A stretch of DNA of 64,000 nucleotides, from positions 91,016,001 to 91,080,000 of the forward strand of contig OZ038378.1 of the NCBI GenBank assembly GCA_964036045.1. The letters run 5' to 3'. The translations under genes and the position numbers were made by a program. The notes below the pieces were generated by a model. It was given only the letters and a program-made list of their open reading frames with translations, had not been told where the DNA came from and made no database searches. Shown here one piece after another: positions 51,050-61,466 of the stretch. The stretch is from Eutreptiella sp. 'Long Island Sound 2002' (lineage: Eukaryota > Protista > Euglenida). Position 1 is the stretch's first letter. Every line of letters starts with the position of its first letter.

Positions 51050-53369
51050 ACAAAAATGCAACAGATCCACCAACTACACAGCATGTGCATTCCCTTGATG
51101 CGGCGCTGCTGCATGGTCGTCCATACAGGTCCCGCCGGCATCTCCAGTTTTCATACTGTGGTCACCGCTGCCTTCACTGCCCAACAGCGATGGTAGCGCG
51201 CCGCAACTGGCTACCGCAATCAGGATTAACTAGTCAAATGTGGGACCATCAGACAGTTACAGTTAACCGAAAATGGTGCATGAGACAGCCGAATCATTGA
51301 ATAATTGGTTGCGGGAAAACTGTGTGACAGGTTGATGTTTCAAAGCAAAAAAAACTTTTCAAACAGCGATTTTTACCAAAATACAGTTACGCAATTTTTT
51401 TTCGCAGCAAACATGCCCCTGCGAAAAGACGTGGACCTTGAGAAGACAGTCGCTGCAGCATCTGGAGTTTTCCGCGATGTCTGCTCAGGGGAACTGCCAT
51501 ATCGCACGGCAGAAGAACTGTGGGAAGGGCTAAAACAGGGGGACGAGGGCGCGCGGTTGTTGTTTGTGTTTTTTCTGCGTCTGCGCAAAAATGAACGGAC
51601 GCGTTGCAGCGTTGAAAAGGCGATTGCGGCAGAAGGCAAGAGATGGGTTGGTGTTTTGATAGAGAGGCCTGGCGCCTTCCATACCAGGGAAAACCAAAGT
51701 CAGTTGTTGCGACAGAGAGAAGTAGGGCGCAGTGTTCCATTGTAGCAAGGTCAGGTCTGGCGCGGTATAGCGCACCTTCGGTGAAGGAAAAGGCCGCAGT
51801 CAGGTTACAGACTACATGGAACAAAATACACCAGCAGTCGGTTGTGTTACGGATGGACAACTGGTACAACAAACAGTTTACCACAACTCCTGACAAGAAC
51901 GACGAAAGCCTTAACGCAACAGAGTTGGCTGTTTTGCTACTAAGGGATGCACCGCGCTACTGGCATGGTCATCCTAGCCTGGAAGAGGTTGAACGGCGTG
52001 TTCATGTTGTTGCACGCATGCTTGGGAACACCGAGGGAACGTTTGCATGTATCCTGGGTGATCTAGGATTTGCAAGCACGCGGCCTATTGTTTGAGACAT
52101 TAGGGCGCCGCTTGACATTATTCGCCCTGTACCTGCCAAGAGACCACATTGGCGATCCGTTTGTCTAAGCAAAGAAAAGGTGAGCGGCAACGTCTCGCTG
52201 CTTAACCTATTGCAATTCACTAGGGACTTGGCACAGCACACTCGACCAGTTGTCCCTGTGTTATGTGATGAGAACATCCATTACCGCATTTGTAAGATGA
52301 TGTATGGTGAAAAAACAACAGGTTCGAATGTCCCGCTTTTCTTGCGGTCACACCCTATATTGTATGGTTTCTGGCACGGGTACAAATTTTGCGTTACACA
52401 AACATTTCGCACATTTTGGCTGATTGTGACTTTCCTCCGTAAAGGTTTGCTGCGCAGCAGTGACACCGTCCCCTGTTTCCCCAAGCTGATCACAATGGAG
52501 ATAACTGTTGGCGCACTGCTGTTGGGTATGGGCCCCCACATACGGCGCCTCAACAGAAAATGTCACTCCCTTGGGCTGGCACGTCCTGTGAATTGGTGAA
52601 GTGGCCGCCGTTACGCTGTGTGTAAGGCCATGCAGTTTTGTTAACACAATAGTGTCCTATGTTACTATACCTAGGACACCTCGTTACACAGTCCAATTGG
52701 GCTGGGGAGACAGCCAACACAGGTTTTTTTGCTTCTGAGGGATTGCTGATCGTTATGTGTCTGTTAGACCGTTTGAACATGGGGGACACACCTTTAAAGT
52801 ACGAACGCACTGTCGCAACTGCGCTTTGTGCCACACTGCATGGCACACAGCCATGCCAAGACAGGCTTTTGCCGAGGAGTTTTGTGAAAGTCTGCTCTCC
52901 AGCCTTGTGACAAAGAAAAGGCCAGAACAGAGGTGCAGTGACCATTGAAGATGTTGACAATCTGTACCATCTCATCACTATCCGCAAAGAAGGTCACAGG
53001 GTGAACGTCTGCAAAATCTCCAATTACCTTGTCAACTCCATGCATCAGCGGTTAACTGCTTACTTGAACGCAGAGCGTGTATATGTGCCTTTGGTTAGGT
53101 GGTGTGCTGAGCCTACTTGTGAGGTTCAGGCACATTGGCCGCGCAGGGGTGTACCCAACTTTTCACCGTCTCCTCTAATTCCAAAGGGTTCTAACCACAA
53201 CAAACAAGTCCTTGTGTCTGTGTTGTTGGTGCTGGAGCAGCAGGGGCCGCTTAAGGCTGGTTTTAAGCGTAAATTCTCGGAGCTGGTCCCCCAACGCAGT
53301 GTGTTGGAGGAACAGAGAGAGGCCGACACGCTGCGAAACGTTCGAAGAAGATTGGAGAACATGCAGTGA
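51050..53369 (+). pseudogene. DDE transposase, Academ/DUF6589-like, with stops and frameshifts
   Basis: MDNWYN...SLNAT (51856), VLCDENIHY (52264), LYGFWHGYK (52366) and AEEFCESLLSSL (52874) parallel the Academ DN..HxT / D..Y / GxFH / DxxxEQ motif order. Confidence 0.6.
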
Positions 53370-53592
53370 TGCACGAGGCCTCGCGCAAACAGCATGATAC
53401 AACAGGTTATTACACCCCCTCTCTTGCGCAAGGTTGACAGTCAAAAACAGTGGCGTGCCCCTCCACTGTTGCATTCTCAAACATACTCTACTCGTTTTCG
53501 CTAAAAGCGCGTCCAATATGCATTGTTGACGAAGTTTTTGACCCTTTCTAATGTTAGATTTCCTGCAATGGAGGCTTTATTCTAATTGCAGA

Positions 53593-54222
53593 ATGGCAAG
53601 CCCCGCCAAAAAAACAGCCGAAAAACGAGAAGATACCGACTATGACCCTGGGACATGAGGATCGGAAGCTGGAACACCAAAGAAGGGGCGGAAGAAGAAG
53701 GAAACACCAGATCCTGGGCTAACCTTTGGTACTTACATCGAGGACCACTTGAAGCCGGACGGGAGGCAGGTGGAGGTTGAGCTGGACAACGTGAGAATCG
53801 ACCAGGAAAAGACAAAGGGACAGATCAGACAGGAAGATACGAAGTTACTGCAGAAGCGCATTGAGTCACTGCATTCAGCACCGCCAACAGGCCCATTACA
53901 CGTCGTTCCCTGGGAAGATAATAGTATGTTGCCAACGGACTGTTCACTCTTCTCGTTGCGCGAGCCCTCACGCATGGGCGCGTCTGGTATTTGCAGATGG
54001 CGATTATTGGGGTGTATCTGGAGAGCAGAGCGTGGAAGCGTTTGTGAAGATTCAGGAGAAGCGACGCACAGGTCCGAGGAAACCGGGGCCAGGGCTCCAT
54101 TCAAGCAGCCAGCCCGTCAGTCCCAACCAACAAGCGAGCCAGCGAAGCCACCGCCAAAGGGTAAGACGTCCGTTGCTAAGGCTCTGGGTTCTAAGATGCA
54201 AGATGTTCAAAAGAAAAAGTAA
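53593..54222 (+). pseudogene. ParB/Srx-like domain ORF with one GT-AG intron (53924-53996)
   Basis: ATG 53593; in-frame TGA 53656. Splicing GTATGT...TTTGCAG gives VEVELDNVRID...GQIRQED...IESLHSAPPTGPLHVVPWEDNNGDYWGVSGEQSVEAFVKI, which resembles the ParB N-domain pattern. Confidence 0.55.
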
Positions 54223-55399
54223 TTTGTTTGTTTGTTCTGATATATTATGCGCGAGGGCTCGCGCTATGCATTCTTCTTCGACGACCTTTTTGCTTTCACC
54301 TTGTGCGGCACATTTTTCCCTGTGATGCACTTTATTGGGCTGTTGTGTTGGTGTTTGCGCGAGGCCTCGCGCAAAGAAGGGGTGCCAAAAAATGCTTGTT
54401 GTGGTGCTGTGCTTAACACGGTTTTCGAAAACTGGTTTTTACAAAGATTGACAGCTCATGGGTGTTTTAATTGGAAAGCATAACTGGTAGAGGAAACAAA
54501 AAGTCATGGTTTTCTCAAAAAAGGAATGATTTTTTTGAGAAAAAAATCATTTTCCCGGGCAGTGGGTTTTCTGGAAAATAAATGAAAATGGACCAGTTAA
54601 TTGCTTTTTGCGGGATTTTTGGTTCTTGTTTTTTTGGGTCCCCCCGAAAGAACCATTTTTTCACAGTGCCGCGGAGAGGCAATTTTGGATACATTTTGAC
54701 CATGCAACTTGAGCCGCCTAAGAAACAGTGGCGTCAAAACTGTGCGGGGCTTTCGCAGGTCGGAAGAAACAAATTTTCCCATCCTTTTATTTGTTTGCTG
54801 TGTCTTTTTCCTGTTGTTTTCTTTGATGCATCTGATGTGAAGTCTACCATGAAGGAGGCTGAGAGGTTCCAAGGTGCTCCGAAGCAGGATGTGGTCTTCG
54901 GGCAAGGCGATTGACTCTACCATTACAGTAAGAAAACGTGTATTCGCCTGGAAAAAGCTAAGCTCCAGTAGTCTCAGAGATGCCTAGAGGCATACTACAT
55001 TTTTGTCTTAGTATTGGCCGATCCAAAATAAGATGACAAATCATTTTGACCTATAAAACCAAGCATTGAACTTTGGACGTTGTGTGGACCCCTGACCCCC
55101 CAACTGCTTGAACATAAACACCAGTGCTTGGACTGACTAAGGCGCTGACATTGATCCAGAGCCTATACATTTTTCTATAAATTCTCATGAATTCTTAACT
55201 ATCCTAGTGGTCTGCACCCTAGGGGGCTGGGGCACCTCTTTCTGAGAGGTCCTGGGTTCCATTCCCAGTCAGCCTAGCTAAGTAGGAAGGTCCCATGTGA
55301 CATGGCACTGATCTCCGCGCCACAAGCCATGCAACCTCAGCACCTATGGGCCCAAAAACAGAGAGTGCACATCTCCAGATGGCACTAGAAAAAAGAGAG

Positions 55400-58300
55400 T
55401 GCCCATGTGGGCAGTTTTCACTGGATTTTATGATATTTTCCAACTATCTTTCCTTAAACACTGTAATTATTGTGAGTTCCTTAATGTAGATACAATGTCT
55501 ATCTTTTCTGCTATGACTGCAGCCCTTCATTTTGCAACTTTGATCCTGAATTTCCTCTTCTTGCACTGTGGGTACTTTGGAGTTATGGTTTATTATTTCA
55601 TTTCATCAAAGCATTGGTATTTGGAAAACCTGGGCTACAGCAAAAAGCGGCAGAAGCTGGCAGAGGCACAAACAAAACAATATCATCAAAGCATCAACAG
55701 TGAAAGCTTGTTTTAACATTCTGGTAGCAGAGAATTTCAGTCCTTGCGTACCTGCCACCCCGTGCAGTACAACCAGTACGTCCAGACTGACAACACTTCT
55801 GAAGGGCTAAAAAATACCATATCGACGTCAAGGACACTGCCGAGAAGACAACGCGCTCAGCGGCACTGGCAAAGCCAGCCACCGAAGCCCAGACCTGGTG
55901 AACCCGAACCTGAGGAGCCTGTACCTTCAGTGCCCTTAAGTCAGTAAGTGGGCTCGGGGACGATTCGCTTGAGGGCTTGGGAGTCGCCTTCAGTGGACTA
56001 TCCGTTGGAGCACCTGAAGGCAAGGAGAGAGGGAGGGCAGCAGTGGATATGGGAGTCTGAGAGGAAGACCCTGGAGATGAACACGATCCATCAGATGAGG
56101 TACTCTTGGATGACAAACTTTCTGAGAGCGCACCAAGCGCCTCTGATCACCCTGCAGCACCCTCTCCAACAACCACTACACTCCCAGCTACAAATACAGC
56201 AGCGTCCTCACGCACAACCACCCCACTTATGGCTTAGGGTCTAGGCTTTACTGGTATGCCTTTCCCAACCTATGGTGTACAACCAGTCGCGATTGCGCCA
56301 CTTATGGCGACAGCAGTCAGCGAACCAGTAGCATCCAGCTCCACCTACACCTGTATCCATGAGCCTGCACCACTCTGATACGCTGAGGGCTATCAGAGGC
56401 CCCCTGCTGGTGTGGGCCCAACCTATATTCCTGGGTATGCAGCACCTTGGCCTGGCTATGCCATGCCAGCGCCTGGCTTTGCCTCTGTGAGTGGCCTCCG
56501 AGGCCCTGAGTTTTGTGGAGGACGGAGCAGGGGATCGGAAAGATGCTCTAACAGGTCCCTGACGCTCTCGGAGATTAAGGAGGCTCTCCGCAGCGGTACT
56601 GGAGAGCTAGTCACCGACACGACGCAAGAACCCAGGACCAACCTGAAGCCCCTCATACCCCCTGAAACCTGAACCTTTGACCATCGGAGCTTCCCCTTAC
56701 CGAGTGCAGGCCAACCACCTGATGGCGGGACTGACACATACTCTGGGTGGCCTGAGAAGTCGACGTATGCCGACCCCTGCAGCTGTACCAAGGACTCCCT
56801 TCGTGCCAAGAACTGCCCAGCCGCCCTATTCAAGCTAAGCTGCATCAGTTGGGACTGACAACCTTAAGGGCTATGGTTGACGTGGCGCCCTATGGCTCCA
56901 GGGACTTGGGCGGTGATCCTTCAAATGATGAACTGCCATCTCTAACGTTTGCTTCAGCTTCTGAGGACGATGAGCCTGAGGACCCCGAGAACCCGAGTGG
57001 CAGAAAAGAGGAAATGTAGAGGAAGAGCAAGCGCCACGAGAGACGCAGATCCAAGGAGGCTAAGGCTATCACCACCTCTAAGATTGTGGTGAAGTTGCCT
57101 GAGTTCAGTGGGAAGGACCTGAGCGAGGTCGCGGAGAGTTTTGGCCGTTCCCTGAGGATGACCGGCCAGACCCAGGCTACTCGGCGTATGAAGTGTGACC
57201 TGCTCTTACAGTGTTGCAAGACCAAGTACTTGGAGAAACAAGTCAAGCAGATCGTGACTAACTCCGCTACGTTCGCCGAAGTTTTGGTTGTCCTTGAGAG
57301 GCAGTACGCCTCCTACAAGACCAACCTAGCAATCCGGACCGAGATCCAGAACCTAGCCATGTTGCCCAACAACCCCGAGGCTGCGTATATCTCTGAACTA
57401 CTGGCCGACTTGGACCACTGGGTAGGGCAACTGACGCGCGGATCCTACGGCAGCAATGAGATGCTTCTCTAGTTGGTGGCAAAGATCCCTCGAGACGTGT
57501 GGGATGAGTGTCGGGCTACGGCGGAACGCAAGGCAAGGACGCTCACCTAGGGGGACTTGTCTGTCCTTCTATTGGAGCTCGCGCTGGGGAAGGAGAGTGA
57601 CCACCACCTCAACACCTACCGCGCTTGAGGAGGCAACTCTTGGAACCATGGCCGTGGGCATCAAAGACCTCGACCTGGACAAGGGACTACCCCTAAGAAT
57701 GCTCGCTATATGAGCACTGTGCAAGACCTCTTCTGGTGTGATGTCAGAGACAGGCAGAGCGGCCTCGTGCATGCCCCGGACTGCGACCAGCATGGGTGCT
57801 TCGTAGTCCAGGGCAAGAAGCAGGAGACCAACACCGGTGGAAAGGCTAGGATGCCTGACCACTACAGGTGTGGCATCACCTGTGCCTTATGTGGCAAGCG
57901 CAGAAAATTCCAGGATGAGCGCTACCACAAGCAGTGCTTGTCAGCCAAGCTGAAGAGGGAGGCCCAGAGTGGCGGTGGAAGTGCCCGAAGCAAGAGCCAT
58001 GGCGAGAAGGGCAAGGGTAAGTCTCAAGGACCAAGCAAAGGTCAAGGTCAAGCGCAAGGCAAAGGTGGAGGACGCGGAGGCCCTGACAAGAAGAAGCAGG
58101 ACAAGAACACGAATAAGAGCCAGGACAGGTTCGGGGGAAACCCCAACCCTACGCCAGGGGAGACCAATCCTGAGCCCTCTGGTGGGCAGCAAAACACGGG
58201 GCCTATGACCTGTTCCCAGACGCAAGCTCAACAACAACAAGGGATTAAGTGTGCCAAGGAAGATGGGGATGAGTCTAACGCCCGCAAATGTTGCCGCTTC

Positions 58301-59060
58301 ATGCGAATAGCGCAAAAACTGCGCAAGAGGGGTTTTGACGTGACCTGTTCCGCTGATTTCTGACAGAGACGCTCTGGGGGATCAACAGACCTGGTATTCT
58401 GGGTACGTATCCGTCTTTGGGGACGAGAATACCTGGGGGTACTGGATACTGCGGCTACTATATCAATTGTGGCCAAGAAAATGTTACCTTGTGAGGACGT
58501 GAAGAACACCATGCCTACCGCAGCCATTCGCATGGGGGATGGCCATGTGGTGCACAGTTGTGGGAACTGGGGGGTTGACATGCCTATGGGAACAAGGAGC
58601 ATTGCCCATGGGTTCTAGGTGAAGGACACCGAGGCATTCGACTTCGTACTGGGGACCAGCTTCTTCGTCAAACACTCCCAGATCCTATCCCTCACGCTGC
58701 AAGCATTCTATGTCCTCCAAGTCGACCATGGTGACGGCGGGGAATCTGTACCACTGGAGCACTCTGAGCACATGTCAAGCTAACTGGGGGTGTGCAAAAA
58801 GGGGCCCTCTGCCATGTTGGTCGCGTCCAAAACAGAGGACTATCAGCTCTTTGGGGATGTCTTGGAGCAAGGTCTAAAGGAGTTGCGATACTCCAGAGAA
58901 GACCTGAATGTAGAGTTGTTTGCCAGTGACAAGCAGCACGTCCTGGACCTCTACTGCAGCAAAGGGCAAAATTGCTGCTGGAAGCTTTGTTTGCCCTCTT
59001 TCAGGATGGCCTACGGGAACCCCAGGTTCAGTGAACTGTGGAAGGTCTTGACCAAGGTTG
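55400..59060 (+). mobile_element. Decayed LTR/YR-type retroelement 5' half: gag - Zn knuckle - aspartic protease - DNA N6-adenine methyltransferase; truncated
   Basis: One frame from ~57060 with scattered stops: KLPEFSG (gag), CALCGKRRKFQDER (degenerate CCHC), VLDTAATISIV and FVLGTSF (protease), VELFAS...YCSK...YGNPRFSEL.KVLTKV (Dam-like). Confidence 0.75.
58890..59060 (+). pseudogene. DNA N6-adenine methyltransferase-like domain (DIRS/Ngaro-type MT)
   Basis: ELFAS (motif I, DLFAS-like) at 58914 and NPRF (NPPF-like motif IV) at ~59020, followed by KVLTK. Confidence 0.7.
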
Positions 59061-59096
59061 CCGGCGCGTCCTCCAGGCCCATCTGGAACTCGAAGC

Positions 59097-59390
59097 ATGT
59101 AATGATACTCTGCTTGTTGATGTATTTTCTTTGTAATCTCCAAGGCTCCTTGTGTTTTCAAAACCCTTCAGAGCCCAAATCCTTCACAAGCACAGAACGA
59201 TACAAATCAACAATCATTTCTCAAAACTCAATGTCATCCCATGAGTCTGTATACACACAGAAGTTTTTCAATGTACAATACCTACAAATGCGCTGCTCCT
59301 GGCTTTCTAAATGTCTATCTTATTTTACCTTCAGGCGTTTCTACATGCGCGCGCGATCGCATTAGTGATCTTTGCACCTAAACCTATTAC
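59097..59390 (-). mobile_element. ~295-bp repeat (second copy 61964-62257), possibly a Penelope-like RT C-terminal remnant
   Basis: The two copies align throughout. The minus frame reads EGKIR*TFRKPGAAHL..., similar to the PLE YRKPT thumb motif, but has many stops. Confidence 0.45.
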
Positions 59391-61466
59391 ACCCCCTTTC
59401 TAAACTATTTGCTGGGGGGCATCTCAGGAAATTGCTGGCTCAGAAACAATAGCCACTCAGATCAGTGACGTCTTAAAAAAAAGCCACTCAGATCTTTGCA
59501 CTGAGGGGGTGCGGGGGGGGCTGAGCTGTTGAATGCCCAGAACAGGGTGTCAAACAAAAAACGGTCAAACACACACCCGAAATTCAATGAGGCTTGCGAC
59601 AGAACTTCACTGCAGCCCTACATACCAGTTAGGATGGGCATTCGTGTTCGCAGGCAGCGTGTGGCACAGCATACTGACCTGCCTGCTGTCTGCAGCAATC
59701 GCTAAGCAGGCGCTGCAGTGCTGTGAACCCCGAGGATGGGGGGGGGAGGCTGCGCAAAAATCTTTGACAATTTTTGCGTTTGCTTGCCTCTGAAAAGGTT
59801 GAATTATGTAAAAACATTAATACCTTGCCTGCCTTGCAGCACAAACAGCGTGGACAGTGTTGGTTATATGTTGCTCTGCCCAATTTACTGAGACTGCCAA
59901 CCTGCAGTAATATACAGAAAGTCCACTTAACCTGTATTAACCTGAATGCATTCTCTTTGATGCTTCTGCACCGAATTCAGACCCTTGAGCGCTTCGTACA
60001 CGTGCTGCCCATTCCCTGTTGCTGGAGTGCAAAGGCAAAAGGCGAAAAATGCATATCATATAAAAGACGTGTCTAATCTCCATTCATACATGAACATATT
60101 CACCAAAGCGAAACTTCTGATTCCCACTTCCCTCGCGACCTGAACAGCAAGCACTGAGGTTACAAACTACACATATACACAACAACAACAACTATGCTAA
60201 TGCACATGACATATAAAAACGTGCATGAAGACGATGTGAGCCCAACCTGCAAAATTTCTAACAGCTGTCATGATGCCAAACGCGTAAATGTATTTGATGT
60301 ATCTGTAAGAAAAACTGAGCAAGCTGACCAAAAGCTCATCAACACTCAGCCTTGATTTGAGATGGACACACAAAAATGCACACACTTACAATAAAGGCAA
60401 GTAAAATAACACAACACGCTCACACAGACGTAGGAAAATGTAACACCGTATAAAATGTAAAAAGAAAAAAAAAAGAAAAACCTACCGAAACCAAGGGGTG
60501 AAAATGAAACACTGAGGTACTCACACAGACAGGGTCATAAAAAACGTAACACAATAGCGGGCATATAATTCCTGCTCACCAACCCACAGCAACAATATCC
60601 TGAAGACCAGGCCCTGTGAATCACGCATCAAGGCCAGGGGGCGGAGCGAAACACATGCACCGGCCCGAGCAGAAACATCACCCTAAAAGTACTAACCAAT
60701 CTCAGGGAGGGGTTTCCAGGGAAAGAATCACTCACACACATAGAACAAGCTGCATCGCGCACCAAAAAAAAAATGGCTGCATCACACAGCGCGGGCCGCG
60801 TACCTCACGCACCACTCAGCGCATCACGCGCGCAACCCAGGGCTTCGGGGTCTGGAGCCTCACGCTCGTTAAACAGTAGGGGGTTTGCCGTACATCTATT
60901 CATTGCCCATCACGGGCAGCAGCTGCTGCAGGCGGCAGACAGAAAAATACCACCCATACAGTAATGTAGAAATAGAAACCCTGAAACACCTATCAACTCA
61001 CCATGGAAGGTCACACCCTTAACTATAAAAAATATGAAGTGAAATCCAAAAATGAAATAAGGGTTCCGCCTTTACCCAGAGGGGGCAGGCAGACAACCAG
61101 TCCAGAATACATAGAAAAATGATGGACAAAGAAAAAACAACTAAAGGCAAATCCGAAGGGAAACACTGAGAAATAGCACTCACACTAAGCAGGCATGCAA
61201 CAAGCAACACACCACAAATGTGTGCTCTGCTGCCCACCATACACTCGGCACTTGATTCTGTCGTTGACATTTGAATCCACCTGGGAGGCAGGAGTCGAAT
61301 ACGAAACGCAAAGTAGTAATCATAAAATTCAATAACTACAAAGTGAAGCGTAGTGCGTTCAAAAGCGAAGCACAAAGTGTTCACAACAAAAAATGCATAC
61401 AACGCACCCATAAGACGCTACCTACATTTACTCCTCTGGCTGTGTTTCCGGTCACTCTGTCGGTCG

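Larger units (their letters stand above)
50523..54722 (+). mobile_element. Full-length 4.2-kb Academ/DUF6589-like DNA transposon copy 3 with perfect 29-bp TIRs
   Basis: CTTAGGCGGCTCAAGTTGCATGGTCAAAA at 50523-50551 and its reverse complement at 54694-54722. No TSD evident. Confidence 0.85.

Noticed and set aside
54900-55230. 5' LTR and primer-binding site of the gag element
   Set aside because: No second LTR in the window and no recognisable tRNA complement.
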